Source: a bacterium (GTDB lineage: Bacteria; Zhuqueibacterota; Zhuqueibacteria; Oceanimicrobiales; Oceanimicrobiaceae). Taken from it: DNA of 64,000 nt. The stretch covers positions 32,001-96,000 of the forward strand of contig JBHHXN010000002.1 in NCBI GenBank assembly GCA_046757025.1. Reading direction: 5' to 3'. This document shows, one piece after another, positions 30,972 through 43,909 of the stretch (the first letter of the stretch is position 1; each line of letters starts with the position of its first letter). The position numbers and the translations under genes were made by a program. The notes beneath the pieces are model-generated. The model saw nothing but the letters and a program-made list of their open reading frames with translations. It searched no databases and was not told the origin of the DNA.

Positions 30972-31113
30972 TATGAATGCCCAGTTGAAAATCTGTTTTA
31001 AATGATAATGATAAAGTCATCATGGTTTTCCGAATTTACTTCGGGCTCACCATGAAAACAGACGCATCCGTTTGATCAGAGTAGAAGTTTATTTTTTCAA
31101 CGGCTTATTCATA
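30972..31113 (-). other. Nested inverted-repeat structure, candidate structured 5' leader or MITE remnant
   Basis: Outer arms TATGAAT.....GTTGAAAA (30972-30991) / TTTTCAAC.....ATTCATA (31094-31113); inner TCTGTTTT/AAAACAGA, TCATGGT/ACCATGA, CCGAA/TTCGG. Confidence 0.5.
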
Positions 31114-31118
31114 ATTCT

Positions 31119-31147
31119 AAGATAATTAAATGCCGATCAGAAATCAA
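31119..31147 (-). promoter_or_regulatory. Putative sigma70 promoter for the cNMP/AI-2E genes
   Basis: Minus strand TTGATT-17 bp-TATCTT. Confidence 0.45.
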
Positions 31148-31205
31148 GTCAGAGTCTGTTCATCTTAAGAAAATTGTTTGAAACGGGCATTGTTAAAAAT
31201 ATCGC

Positions 31206-32465
31206 TCATTCATTTGAATTGTTTAGAGTTCGTTTTCTTTCAATCTGAGTTAATTCGAAAATATTCCGAAATAACCTTTCGTAATTACGACTCATTTCTA
31301 TTTTACGTCTGGACATCACTCTTTTCGCGGTAACCAGACTTTTTTCTAAATGGTGCTCTGTGAGGCTTTCAGGACCGCCCCAGGCGAACGAGGGAATAAA
31401 TTTTGGCTGAAAGCTGCCCCCAAATATATTGCTCATTACCCCAACCACTGTGCCGGTATTAAACATCGTGTTAATTCCCGCTTTTGAATGATCGCCCATA
31501 AACAATCCCACAAACATGGAGCCGCTGTCGATCATTTCTCCATTCATATAGATTTTTACATTGCCATAATTGTTCTTCAAATCGCTGTTATTCGTATCGG
31601 CGCCCAGATTGACCCACTGCCCGAGGTAGGCGTGCCCCAGAAAGCCATCGTGTTGCTTGTTGCTGTAAGAATGAATGATGGATTCTTCCACTTCACCGCC
31701 CACTTTGCACACTTCTCCTATAGAGGTTCCTTCATAAATTTTGGCGCCGATTTTAATTGAAGAATTGTCCCCAACAAAAACCGGGCCCTCGATAACGGCA
31801 TTCGCCATTATCTTCACATTGCGGCCGATGTAAATAGGTCCGTTTTCAGCATCTATTACGACCCCCGGCTTAATCTGGGTGTTTTCCCCGATAAAAATGT
31901 TTTTTTTGTTCAAAAGGGTCGCTCCCTCGCAAATGCGACCACTTATGTTTCCATCCATCTGAATGGCGCTAAAATCGCTCTCAATTTCTGAAGCATTGTG
32001 ATGGATTAATTCCCAAATATAATTAATTAATTTTATCTCGATTTCACGTTTTTCGATTTCCTGAAAAAGGCTTAAATCAAACGACTTTTCACATACCTTG
32101 CGCATTTTGTGGGTGTTTTCCCCTATTAAAAACGCCGCAACGAGCTGATCTTGGTGAAAATAAAGTTGCTCATTCTGATCTGACAAAACCGCATTCAATT
32201 TTGAATCTGCGAGAACACGGCCATTAACAAATAAGCAGCTATCAGCAATTACTTGATTTACCTGCATGCCTTCATTTTGTTCTGCAACCAGATCTTGCAA
32301 ATAGTCCCGGCAAAGCAGGCGAACAATCTTTGGTTTTACTTGTCTGCATATTTTCTCTTTCAACGTCATCATTCCACACCTCAAATCAAATACCGGCCGC
32401 GATAAGGCTAAAGGATAAAAATGAGAATAACGGTTGTCCTCAAAAACACACAGATTTTCAATCAT
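31206..32465 (-). CDS. GlmU-like putative sugar nucleotidyltransferase/acetyltransferase (FCB-type)
   Basis: 'PL..SRPVFDLRCG..TL.EK', hexapeptide repeats, 'KVGGEV', 'SNKQHDGFLGH', 'GADTNNSDLKNNY'. Confidence 0.85.
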   Translation of the reverse strand: MIENLCVFEDNRYSHFYPLALSRPVFDLRCGMMTLKEKICRQVKPKIVRLLCRDYLQDLVAEQNEGMQVNQVIADSCLFVNGRVLADSKLNAVLSDQNEQLYFHQDQLVAAFLIGENTHKMRKVCEKSFDLSLFQEIEKREIEIKLINYIWELIHHNASEIESDFSAIQMDGNISGRICEGATLLNKKNIFIGENTQIKPGVVIDAENGPIYIGRNVKIMANAVIEGPVFVGDNSSIKIGAKIYEGTSIGEVCKVGGEVEESIIHSYSNKQHDGFLGHAYLGQWVNLGADTNNSDLKNNYGNVKIYMNGEMIDSGSMFVGLFMGDHSKAGINTMFNTGTVVGVMSNIFGGSFQPKFIPSFAWGGPESLTEHHLEKSLVTAKRVMSRRKIEMSRNYERLFRNIFELTQIERKRTLNNSNE

Positions 32466-33067
32466 GAGATCCTCCGATTAACAGGATATCCTAATTTTAA
32501 AAGTTTAAGATAAACCACAGAACAGAAAATTGCTTTAAGAACATCACCAGGTATAAATATCAAAAAATAACTAACAACCAACTTTGAAAATGAGATGGGT
32601 TTGTGAACGAGGTATTTTAAATTGAAAAAGAGCACAATTCCACCCACAAGTAGAATAAAGAAGACTCCTATAAATCCATATACACAAACGTGAACAAAAG
32701 TGGTTTTCTTTACCTTAATTGATTGATTTCTTTTTTGTACGAGCACGCCCACGATATACGCGGCGACCGGATATCCTAGAAGGTAACCAAAAGTGGGTTG
32801 CAAAATATAACCGGGGCCGCCGCCGTAAGCAAATATTGGCGCACCCATTAAACCTGCTGCGAGGTAAATCACTTGACTCAATGTGCCAAAGTACGGCCCC
32901 AAAAAGGCACCGCCCAAAATGACAAAAAATGTTTGCAGGGTAATTGGAACATAAGGTAATGGTATCTTGATATAAGCACCAACAGCCGTTAAGGATGCAA
33001 ATAAACTTGATAACAGGTAAAAATGAAGTTTAGAGACGGGTGGTAGCTCTGTTTTCTCTTTAGACAA
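32462..33067 (-). CDS. bioY: Biotin transporter BioY
   Basis: 'VPITLQTF', 'G.PIFA...GG', 'PTFGYLLG', 'FIPGD.LK'. Confidence 0.9.
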   Translation of the reverse strand: MSKEKTELPPVSKLHFYLLSSLFASLTAVGAYIKIPLPYVPITLQTFFVILGGAFLGPYFGTLSQVIYLAAGLMGAPIFAYGGGPGYILQPTFGYLLGYPVAAYIVGVLVQKRNQSIKVKKTTFVHVCVYGFIGVFFILLVGGIVLFFNLKYLVHKPISFSKLVVSYFLIFIPGDVLKAIFCSVVYLKLLKLGYPVNRRIS

Positions 33068-33120
33068 CTTCCTGTTGCGATTTATCTTAAAAATTCCTGT
33101 TTAAATAGCTTGCTTTTTTG

Positions 33121-34008
33121 TCAATCTTTGAATGTGTATTTCTCATCGTGTGTAGGAATTGATTCCTTTATGGGAGCACCCAGGTTATGTAATTGCGTTG
33201 TCGGTTGCACGAAAGGCAGGGAAAAGTTATCGTGGTAACCGACTAACAAATATCGATTCAATGCGCATTCAACTTCTTCAAGCGTCCAGTGCTCTTTTTT
33301 CTGTTCATCTTGGATAAATCCATTTGAAAAGTCCAGCAATTCTCTTTCAGCAAGCATCCCCCGAACGGTGTTGAAATGAACAGTTGCTTGTTTTTCACCG
33401 GTAACGGAGTCTACAAATTCCAAAAGCAATTCTAGGTCCTTCAAAAACGCCGACACCGGCGTGCTTTTATACACGTCTCGTTCGACACGATTTAATAATA
33501 ATCGCAGTAACTCTTTTGAAATAATTTTCTCATCGACGCACTTTAATGCCCGCGCGGCTTTTCGAATAAACGCCCGCTTCTCACCGTAACCACGTATTAT
33601 GACCAAAATATCTTCTTTTGCTTTTGGACTAGAGGTAAAAAAAATGGTTTCAAGAATTGACTGTTTTGGTCGAACTAATGTTTCGAACTGAAATTTGATT
33701 GCAAAATTACAAAGGTGGTAAATTTCTTTATTTGTAAAAACGGTTTCGGAAATCAACCAATCCTGTAGAGTGCTTAATTTTTCTTCGGCGGTGCCGTTTA
33801 TTAAAGAATATCGCTGATTTGTTTCTAATCGAATCGGGTTTTCTGATTTGAGTAATTTACGAGCAAAGTTCGTTGTATGAGCACTAAAAATCACTGGCGG
33901 TGAAATTTCTCTAATGTCACTCATGGAGACGGTATCCTTGCCAGCGGCGAGGCGTTCAAAAAAAATATCAACTAATCGGCGTTTTTCATTTTCCCAAAGG
34001 TTTTGCAT
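33121..34008 (-). CDS. Hypothetical protein downstream of gyrA
   Basis: 295-aa open frame 31 bp after the gyrA stop, same strand; no recognised motif. Confidence 0.65.
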   Translation of the reverse strand: MQNLWENEKRRLVDIFFERLAAGKDTVSMSDIREISPPVIFSAHTTNFARKLLKSENPIRLETNQRYSLINGTAEEKLSTLQDWLISETVFTNKEIYHLCNFAIKFQFETLVRPKQSILETIFFTSSPKAKEDILVIIRGYGEKRAFIRKAARALKCVDEKIISKELLRLLLNRVERDVYKSTPVSAFLKDLELLLEFVDSVTGEKQATVHFNTVRGMLAERELLDFSNGFIQDEQKKEHWTLEEVECALNRYLLVGYHDNFSLPFVQPTTQLHNLGAPIKESIPTHDEKYTFKD

Positions 34009-34039
34009 CAGGTTATTCCATGAATACGGTATTCCGTTC

Positions 34040-36475
34040 CTATTCTGTTTGCTCCTTTATCACTCTGGCCACTGCCGCGACTATATCTTCCGGATCCAGT
34101 TTGATTAAGCGTAATCCTTGTGTGGCCCGGCCCTGAACCGTGATGGTTTTTACACTTTGTCGAATGATGATACCGTTGGTGGTGATGATCATGAGGTCAT
34201 CATCATTCATCACTTCTTTTAAAGTCACCATATCCCCAACTTTGTCTGTGACCTTGATGGTGAAGATGCCTTTTCCGGCTCGGTGGCTCACGCGATACTG
34301 ATTCAATTCTGTTCGTTTACCATAGCCTTTTTCAGTCACAACCAACACCGTCCCTTCTCTTTTAATGACCACCATTCCCACGACATAATCATCTTTTTTG
34401 AGATTGATACCCTTTACACCGGAGGCAGTACGTCCCATTTCTCTGACTTCTTTTTCCGGGAACCGTATAGACATCCCTTTATGGGTTCCAAGCAAAATAT
34501 CGTGCCTGCCGTTTGACAGTTTCGCTTCGATCAGATCATCACCCTCACGAATGGTAATGGCGTTAATGCCTCCTTTTCGTGGATTTTTATAAGCAGACAG
34601 AGATGTTTTCTTTATGAGCCCTTGCTTCGTGGCCATAACTAAAAATTGGTCATGGTTAAATTCTTTCACATTGACAAAGGCAGCAATTCTTTCGTGCTTA
34701 GAAATTTGCAGTAGATTGACAATCGCACGACCTTTAGTCGCTCTGCCAGCTTGAGGAATTTCGTGGACTTTCAACCAATGACAACGCCCTTTATTTGTAA
34801 AGAAAAGTATGTAGTTGTGGGTAGAAGCGATAAAAAGGTGTTCAATGAAATCCTCTTCTTTTGTAGATGCCCCAGTTGAACCTCTTCCTCCACGCAGTTG
34901 TCTTCTATAGGTTGTAACGGGTATTCTTTTTATAAAACCGGAATGAGAAATGGTGATCACCATATCTTCTTCCGCAATCATGTCCTCTATTGTGAATTCT
35001 TCTGTTTCAGAAATAATTTCGGTTCTGCGCTCATCCCCGTATTTTTCTTTCAACTCTAAAAGTTCATCTTTAATAAGCTGCATTCTTTTGGGTTTATTTT
35101 CCAAAAGCGAGCGCAATTTTTCAATCAATTTGATCAGAGCCAGGTACTCGTCCTCAATTTTTTTTCTCTCCAGGCCCGTGAGTCTCTGCAAACGCATGTC
35201 CAAAATCGCCTGCGCTTGTATTTCAGAAAGTTTAAATCGTTTGATCAATGAGGTTTTCGCGGTTTCGGGATTGCGCGATTTCTTGATAATGTTGACAATT
35301 TCATCGATATTATCCAGACAGATTTTGAGCCCTTCGAGAATGTGGGCGCGCTTTTCAGCTTTATTGAGCTCGAATTTGGTACGACGAACCACCACATCAT
35401 GCCGAAAATCGATGAAGTGCTCTAATGCTTCTTTGAGGTTTAACACTTGTGGAGCGCCGTTCACCAACGCCAACAGAATCACACCGAATGTGGATTGCAT
35501 TTGTGTGTGTTTATACAACTGGTTGAGAATCACTTCCGCAGCTTGCACATCGCGTTTCAACTCAATGACAATGCGCATGCCATCCCGATCAGATTCGTCT
35601 CGAACGTCTGAGATGCCTTCGATTTTTCTGTCGCGAACTAATTCAGCAATTTTTTCGATCAACTTCGCTTTGTTTACCTGGTAAGGTAATTCGCTAACGA
35701 TGATATTTTCCCTTCCGGATTTAACCGTTTCGATATTTGCACGCGCGCGAATCACAACTCGACCCCGACCAGAGCGGTAGGCCTCATCAATACCGAGATC
35801 ACCATAGATGATGGCGCCCGTCGGAAAGTCGGGTCCTGTAATATATTTCATCAACGATTCTATGGTCAAATTGGGTCGTGCAATCAAAGCCACAATTGCA
35901 TCGACCACCTCGCATAAATTATGGGGAGGAATGTTTGTCGCCATACCGACGGCAATTCCAGATGCGCCGTTCACTAAAAGATTGGGAAGAACTGACGGCA
36001 GCACCGTCGGTTCTTTCAAGGATTCATCAAAATTGGGAACAAAATCAACTGTGTCTTTATCTAAGTCACGTAGAATTTCTTCGGCAATTCTGGCTAATCT
36101 GGCTTCCGTATATCTCATGGCCGCGGGCGAATCGCCATCAACCGACCCAAAATTTCCCTGTCCGTCCACCAGCGGATAGCGCAAGGAAAAATCCTGAACC
36201 ATGCGAACCATGGTATCATAAACTGCTGAATCTCCGTGTGGGTGATACTTACCTAACACTTCTCCCACAATTCGGGCGCTCTTTTTATAAGCCGCGTTAG
36301 GTCTTAATCCTAAATCAATCATTCCATATAGAACTCGTCTGTGTACGGGTTTCAAACCGTCTCGTACATCAGGTAATGCCCTTGAAACGATGACGGACAT
36401 CGAATAATCGATATAAGAATCCTTCATCTCGGATTCGATAAAAACTGGAATTACACGATCGCGTTGATTTTGCAT
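34040..36475 (-). CDS. gyrA: DNA gyrase subunit A
   Basis: '[16 protein letters not shown]', 'YHPHGDS', 'AAMRYTEAR', GyrA-box 'QLRGGRG', C-terminal beta-pinwheel repeats. Confidence 0.98.
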   Translation of the reverse strand: MQNQRDRVIPVFIESEMKDSYIDYSMSVIVSRALPDVRDGLKPVHRRVLYGMIDLGLRPNAAYKKSARIVGEVLGKYHPHGDSAVYDTMVRMVQDFSLRYPLVDGQGNFGSVDGDSPAAMRYTEARLARIAEEILRDLDKDTVDFVPNFDESLKEPTVLPSVLPNLLVNGASGIAVGMATNIPPHNLCEVVDAIVALIARPNLTIESLMKYITGPDFPTGAIIYGDLGIDEAYRSGRGRVVIRARANIETVKSGRENIIVSELPYQVNKAKLIEKIAELVRDRKIEGISDVRDESDRDGMRIVIELKRDVQAAEVILNQLYKHTQMQSTFGVILLALVNGAPQVLNLKEALEHFIDFRHDVVVRRTKFELNKAEKRAHILEGLKICLDNIDEIVNIIKKSRNPETAKTSLIKRFKLSEIQAQAILDMRLQRLTGLERKKIEDEYLALIKLIEKLRSLLENKPKRMQLIKDELLELKEKYGDERRTEIISETEEFTIEDMIAEEDMVITISHSGFIKRIPVTTYRRQLRGGRGSTGASTKEEDFIEHLFIASTHNYILFFTNKGRCHWLKVHEIPQAGRATKGRAIVNLLQISKHERIAAFVNVKEFNHDQFLVMATKQGLIKKTSLSAYKNPRKGGINAITIREGDDLIEAKLSNGRHDILLGTHKGMSIRFPEKEVREMGRTASGVKGINLKKDDYVVGMVVIKREGTVLVVTEKGYGKRTELNQYRVSHRAGKGIFTIKVTDKVGDMVTLKEVMNDDDLMIITTNGIIIRQSVKTITVQGRATQGLRLIKLDPEDIVAAVARVIKEQTE

Positions 36476-36495
36476 GAAAATATTTACCTCATCAA

Positions 36496-38718
<2,223 letters not shown>

Positions 38719-38747
<29 letters not shown>

Positions 38748-39861
38748 CTAACCCATCTTTAATAAAAAAAACCGAAACATCGTGCGGTTGGTATTTATCA
38801 AGTCCTGGGAATTTCAAAACCTGTTCGTTAGGCGAGGTAAAGAACATTTGTCCCTGTCCCTCAAACGAAAGAAATATTTTCTGTTGTCTGACATCGTCCA
38901 ATTCAGAGCCAAAATCGTCGAGCAAAAAGACAGGCGTTTCGGCTTTTTTTTGTTTTAAAAACTTATATTCTGCCAATTTTAAAGCTATGATGACAGATTT
39001 ATGTTCACCTCTCGAACCGTATTTGCGTAAATTTTGATCATTAATTTTAAACTCCAAATCATCACGATGTGGTCCAACCACAGTGGAGCCCATCCATCGC
39101 TCCGTGGTTTCTTTTTTTTTCAAGTTATCAAGAAAATTATCTTCAATACTCTTTTTTTGCATAACTTCAAATGAGGGTACAAGCGATAAAGTTAGCTGAT
39201 CGTTCGCATCAACAAAACTCTTGTAAACTTCACTAAGTATTATCGCAAAATCAGAGATAAATCGAAACCTTTCTGCCATGAGTAAACTGCCAACCCTAAC
39301 CAAGCTTTGAGTCCAAGGTTCGATGGCCATAACAGTATAACTCCTACCTCCCTTGAAATCCTGTAAAATTTTGTTTCTCTGTTTCAATATTTTATGATAT
39401 TCTTGTAGATTTTGAAGGTAAGAAATACTGACTTGGGATAAAAGGAGATCTATAAATCTTCTACGTTCAGACGGACTACCAGTGGTAATTTTATAATCAT
39501 CGGGTGACAGTGCTACTATTGGAAATTTTCCAAAAAAATCTGAGTTTTTTGCAACTTTTTTGCGGTCAATGCTTATTTCTTTTTTGCCATTCTTTTTATA
39601 TTGAATAATGACACGTTTACTTAGACTATTATCTTTTTTAATTTTCCCTTCGATAATAAAATAAGATTTATTTATTTTCAGCAATTCCTGGTTTTTCGCA
39701 AATCTAAAACTTCTACCTAAACATAGTAAATAAATGGCTTCCAGAATATTGGTTTTACCTTGCGCATTTAAACCTATTAAAAAGTTAATTTTTGAATTAA
39801 AATGGATAACGACATTTTCATAGTTTCTAAAATTAACTAGAATTAACTTACTCAACAGCAT
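38719..39861 (-). CDS. recF: DNA replication/repair protein RecF
   Basis: 'NFRNY', Walker A 'GLNAQGKTN', 'GSPSERRRF.D', 'GPHRDD', 'GSRGE', 'LLDD..SELD'. Confidence 0.96.
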
Positions 39862-39864
39862 TCA

Positions 39865-40983
39865 TTAATCTTCATTTAATCGGATGGGCATCAGCAGCAT
39901 TAAGATTTTTTCATTTTTATTTTGGCTACCTGGATAAATAATACCTGCACTTATGGGATCTTTAACTTCGAGAATCACGTCCTCTGTTTCTAAATGCCGT
40001 AAAATGTCTAGGAAGTAGTTTGCATTGTAACCAATCTCCAACTCCTCGCCGGTAAATTCGGCGTCGATGCTTTCTTGAGCTTCTCCCCCAAACTCGATGT
40101 CCTCGGATTGAATGTTTATTTTGTTGTTTGAGATAGATAGTCTAATCTGATGTGTAATGGAGTTGGAAAAAATCGCTACCCTTCTAACTGAGGCGCTGAT
40201 CATTTCTCTGTTCAAAATAATTCTTTTATCGTTTTCCGTGGGAATAACGCGTTCATAATTTGGAAATTGGCCTTCTATACACTTGCTTAAAATCGTCGTA
40301 TTATCCAGCACAAATATAATGTGATCTTCGCTTAAATTAACTTTTACATCCCCGTTTGCTGGGATATTCTTCAAAAGCAGATTCAATGCTTTGGTTGGCA
40401 CGATGGATTCTGTTTGTATTTCCAGACCCTTTAAATTTTGATATTCAACTTTCACCAATCGATGCCCGTCTGTGGATACCATTCGTAGCTCATTTTCCAT
40501 AACTTTTAAATAAACCCCCATCAAGGTGGTTCTTAATTCATCTGTGGACACGGCAAAAATGGTTTTATTGATCATGCGGTTAAACTGATCCGCAGGGATG
40601 GTAAAGGTTCCCAAAATATTTTCAATAGTTATTTTTGGGAAATCCTCTTTTGTCTCTCCAGAAAGTCTGTACAATCCTTTTTCTGTCCGCAAGGTAATTT
40701 TAAACTCTTCATCAGTAGCAAACTCAAGAGGAATATCCGGGAGCTCTCTCACAATTTCAAATAAAATTTTTGCGGGAACAGCAACGGCTCCGTCCTCGGT
40801 TCCCTGAACGTTTATTTTAGTCGAAATTGAAATCTCCAAATCTGTACCGGTTAAGGTCAATTCATTCTCTTCTAAAATAACCAACACATTACTGAGTATG
40901 GGGATGGTGGTTTTAACCGGAACCACGCCGATAATATTTTGAATAGCTTGAAAAAAATCTTTTTGGTTAACTTTAAATTTCAT
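39865..40983 (-). CDS. dnaN: DNA polymerase III beta clamp
   Basis: 'TDLE', 'STDGHRL', 'G.FPNYERVIP', C-terminal 'LLMPIR'; downstream of dnaA. Confidence 0.97.
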   Translation of the reverse strand: MKFKVNQKDFFQAIQNIIGVVPVKTTIPILSNVLVILEENELTLTGTDLEISISTKINVQGTEDGAVAVPAKILFEIVRELPDIPLEFATDEEFKITLRTEKGLYRLSGETKEDFPKITIENILGTFTIPADQFNRMINKTIFAVSTDELRTTLMGVYLKVMENELRMVSTDGHRLVKVEYQNLKGLEIQTESIVPTKALNLLLKNIPANGDVKVNLSEDHIIFVLDNTTILSKCIEGQFPNYERVIPTENDKRIILNREMISASVRRVAIFSNSITHQIRLSISNNKINIQSEDIEFGGEAQESIDAEFTGEELEIGYNANYFLDILRHLETEDVILEVKDPISAGIIYPGSQNKNEKILMLLMPIRLNED

Positions 40984-41300
40984 GAGTGCCTCAAAGCTAA
41001 ATAAGTATTAATCGAAAAATCTACTAAATAAAATAATATTATTCAAGAAAATTCTTATTAGTATTAGTATAGCATGTTGATATGTGGATAAAGTCATTAC
41101 CAATTTACATTAAATTTAATAAAAATAAAATTTTATTATTTATTAAATTATTTTAAAAAATGTGGATTTAATATGGATAAAGTGTGATTAATTACTCATT
41201 CTAAAATTCAAATTATTTTTTAAAAAAATTTTATTAAGTTATTAACATTCAATTCTATTCTTTTGATGAGTTATTAACAATCGGATGTGGACAAACCAGA
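40984..41300. other. oriC, unwinding sub-region in the dnaA-dnaN intergenic space
   Basis: Very AT-rich; perfect DnaA box 41083-41091 plus variants (41172-41180, 41286-41294, 41239-41247, 41271-41279); minus strand reads TTATCCACA-TATCAACA-TGC-TATACTAATACTAATAAGAAT (boxes + GC + DnaA-trio-like repeats). Confidence 0.85.
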
Positions 41301-42665
41301 TTAGATGCTGGACATTTCAATTTTCTTTTGTAAAACAGTAACATCTTCAAAAACTTTTTTATCTTCTTTTGTGAGATTTTCGATAGTTTGAATTGCGTGA
41401 ATTACTGTGCTGTGATCACGGCCACCAAAATGTAGTCCAATCGTTTTTAGAGAATTTTTAGTCATCTCTTTTGTTAAAAACATAGCGAGTTGTCGGACAT
41501 AGGCAATTTCTTTTTTTCGGGTTTTAGCTCGAAGCATATCATCTGGAATATTAAAATGTTCGCTTACGATTCTTTGAATTTCTTCTATCAATATTTTTTT
41601 CTTTTTTCCCAAACTCAAATTTTTTAATACATCTTTTGCCAGGTCTAAAGTAATATCTTTGCCATTTAAAGAAGAAAAAGCCAGTAGTCTGATCAAGGAG
41701 CCCTCTAATTCACGAATGTTGGAAGTGACATTGGTGGCGATGAATTCGATGATATTTCCAGAAATGGAGATACAATTTTCATCAGCCTTTTGTTGAAGGA
41801 TGGCAATTCTTGTTTCCAAATCCGGTGGTTGGATGTCTGCAACCAAGCCCCATTGAAATCTTGATATGAGTCGTTCTTCAACCCCGTCCAACTCCTTTGG
41901 AGGGCGATCTGATGACAGCACGATCTGTTTTCCGGAATTATAAAGAGCATTAAAAGTATGAAAGAATTCTTCCTGGGTGCGTTCTTTATTGATAAAAAAT
42001 TGTATATCATCCACCAATAAAATATCTACGTTTCTATATATTGAACTGAATTCAGTTGTCTTGTGATTCTGGATAGAATTAATAAATTCAATCGTAAACT
42101 TCTCACTATCCACATATAAAACTCGATTAGCGGTTCCTTGAACTAACGTGAAATTTCCAATCGCTTGGATCAAATGCGTTTTTCCTAAACCCACACCTCC
42201 GTAGATTACAATTGGATTAAAGGTGGTTTTGCCGGGAGATTCGGCAACAGCCAATGAAGCCGCTCGAGCAAACTGATTATTGTGACCCTCAACAAAATTA
42301 TCGAACTGGTACCGTTCGTTCAAATTGCTTTTAATGTAAGGTTTGTTCATCGTATTGGACTTGTCCAGTGATGGCAGCATTTTAATTTCATCGTTTCCAT
42401 TCACTACGACGGAATAGGTCAATTTTGATTGATCACCTAAGACTTCTATCAAAGCTTGATTGATCAAGGTACTATAGTGACCCTCTAACCACTCATAGAA
42501 GAATTGACTTGGTACTTCAACAGTCAGGTTTTGATTCTCAAGCTTAACCGGGCTTATGGGCTTAAACCAAGTGGTAAAGCTTTGTGGATTGATGCTGTTT
42601 TTTATAATTGATAAACATGCGTCCCACGCTGTTATACTATTTAAAGACATTTTCCTAACCCTCAT
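41301..42665 (-). CDS. dnaA: Chromosomal replication initiator DnaA
   Basis: 'SFTTWF', 'YGGVGLGKTHL', 'LLVDDIQF', 'QEEFFHTFN', 'RLISRF.WGL', 'NIRELEG', 'FGGRDHSTV'. Confidence 0.98.
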   Translation of the reverse strand: MRVRKMSLNSITAWDACLSIIKNSINPQSFTTWFKPISPVKLENQNLTVEVPSQFFYEWLEGHYSTLINQALIEVLGDQSKLTYSVVVNGNDEIKMLPSLDKSNTMNKPYIKSNLNERYQFDNFVEGHNNQFARAASLAVAESPGKTTFNPIVIYGGVGLGKTHLIQAIGNFTLVQGTANRVLYVDSEKFTIEFINSIQNHKTTEFSSIYRNVDILLVDDIQFFINKERTQEEFFHTFNALYNSGKQIVLSSDRPPKELDGVEERLISRFQWGLVADIQPPDLETRIAILQQKADENCISISGNIIEFIATNVTSNIRELEGSLIRLLAFSSLNGKDITLDLAKDVLKNLSLGKKKKILIEEIQRIVSEHFNIPDDMLRAKTRKKEIAYVRQLAMFLTKEMTKNSLKTIGLHFGGRDHSTVIHAIQTIENLTKEDKKVFEDVTVLQKKIEMSSI

Positions 42666-42760
42666 TTTAAATTGTGATGAAAAAGAAAGAAAGATGATTG
42701 AGGTTAAAAAAATGGGGTTGGGTCTCCATCCACCTCCAAACCATTTCTTTTAACCAACAC

Positions 42761-42935
42761 ACTAAGTTATCCACATATTATTCACAATTCAAAAACATGT
42801 ATAACTTGAAAAAAAACATAAATTAAATATCTATATGGTTTCTGTAATTAACTTCATAAATTAAATATTTAAAAAATAAGACATAATTTAATAATTCCTT
42901 AATAAATGCTAAGTTTGTTAAGTTATCCACAAGTT
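42761..42935. promoter_or_regulatory. DnaA boxes upstream of dnaA (autoregulation / second oriC sub-region)
   Basis: TTATCCACA 42767-42775 and 42923-42931, TTATTCACA 42778-42786, in an AT-rich region. Confidence 0.85.
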
Positions 42936-42969
42936 TTTATGGTGAAAATCTACTGGCAGGGATGACTAA

Positions 42970-42997
42970 AATTTAAGAAAAAGGGGCTGAATGTCAA
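42970..42997 (-). promoter_or_regulatory. Putative dnaA promoter
   Basis: Minus strand TTGACA-16 bp-TAAATT. Confidence 0.5.
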
Positions 42998-43108
42998 GCG
43001 AAAAATAGACTTTTTGGTTTGGTTCTACTTGCGGAATTGTGCAGAAAGGAAGTAGCAAAAACTTTGAGTTTCATATTACAGAGAGAGTTTTACCTTAATA
43101 GAAATTAC

Positions 43109-43137
43109 TTGACTTTTAGACAAAAAATTAATATGTT
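43109..43137 (+). promoter_or_regulatory. Putative rpmH operon promoter
   Basis: TTGACT-17 bp-TATGTT. Confidence 0.55.
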
Positions 43138-43185
43138 ATCCAGCTTTGATGCATTTGAAATCATTAAACTAAACGGGTAAAAAGA

Positions 43186-43329
43186 ATGAAAAGAACTCAC
43201 CAACCACATAACCGGAAAAAGTTGAACAAACACGGTTTCAGAGAAAGAATGAAAAGTAACGCTGGTAGAGCGGTTTTGAAAAACAGAAGAGCCAAAGGAA
43301 GGAAAAGTTTAACGGTAAGCGATAGATAA
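43186..43329 (+). CDS. rpmH: 50S ribosomal protein L34 (absent from the ORF track because it is under 60 aa)
   Basis: Hand translation [47 protein letters not shown]. Confidence 0.97.
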   Translation: MKRTHQPHNRKKLNKHGFRERMKSNAGRAVLKNRRAKGRKSLTVSDR

Positions 43330-43343
43330 AAGATCGGCTGTTT

Positions 43344-43682
43344 GTGAAAAATTATCGGTTTGGGAAAAAAGTCTTCATAAAAAAGAAATCAGAATTTAAC
43401 GAAATATTTAATAGCGGAAAAAAAGTAAAATCAAATCATATCGTAGTGTTTATGCTACCATCGAGAGAATTAAAGATCGGATTTGCTGTGGCAAAAAGCA
43501 TTAAGGGTGCGGTTAAACGTAATAGAGCCAAAAGAAGACTAAAAGTATTAGTGAGATCCTATTTTCACAAATTTCCTCAAAGGAAAGCGATTGTCGTTGT
43601 CGCTCGACCAGGAATTTTAGATGAAAAATTCCAAGAATTAGATCAACAATTTGTTCATTTACTAAGTAACCTTTGCAAATAG
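43344..43682 (+). CDS. rnpA: Ribonuclease P protein component
   Basis: RNR motif 'GAVKRNRAKRRLK'; follows rpmH. Confidence 0.92.
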   Translation: MKNYRFGKKVFIKKKSEFNEIFNSGKKVKSNHIVVFMLPSRELKIGFAVAKSIKGAVKRNRAKRRLKVLVRSYFHKFPQRKAIVVVARPGILDEKFQELDQQFVHLLSNLCK

Positions 43683-43686
43683 CTAC

Positions 43687-43896
43687 ATGAGATACCTTGG
43701 CATAGCAATTCTTAAAATATATCAACGCGTCGTTTCTCCGCTATTGCCTCCTTCTTGTCGATTTTATCCCTCTTGTTCAGAATACACGCTACAAGCCATC
43801 TCGAAATACGGATTGATCGTCGGAATTTGGAAAGGAATGAATCGGCTAATTAAATGTCATCCTTTCAATCCCGGTGGTTACGACCCTCTAAATTAA
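43687..43896 (+). CDS. yidD: Membrane protein insertion efficiency factor
   Basis: 'YQ..VSP', 'CRFYPSCSEY', 'KCHPFNPGGYDP'. Confidence 0.95.
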   Translation: MRYLGIAILKIYQRVVSPLLPPSCRFYPSCSEYTLQAISKYGLIVGIWKGMNRLIKCHPFNPGGYDPLN

Positions 43897-43909
43897 AAAG
43901 AATAATACA

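Noticed and set aside
31001..31023. Fur-box-like AATGATAATGATAAAG
   Set aside because: Only one half of the 19-bp consensus matches (11/19), and there are no iron-related genes nearby.
34950..36300. Long antisense ORFs opposite gyrA (also opposite mnmG, mfd and the first gene)
   Set aside because: Shadow frames of well-conserved genes with no independent coding signal.
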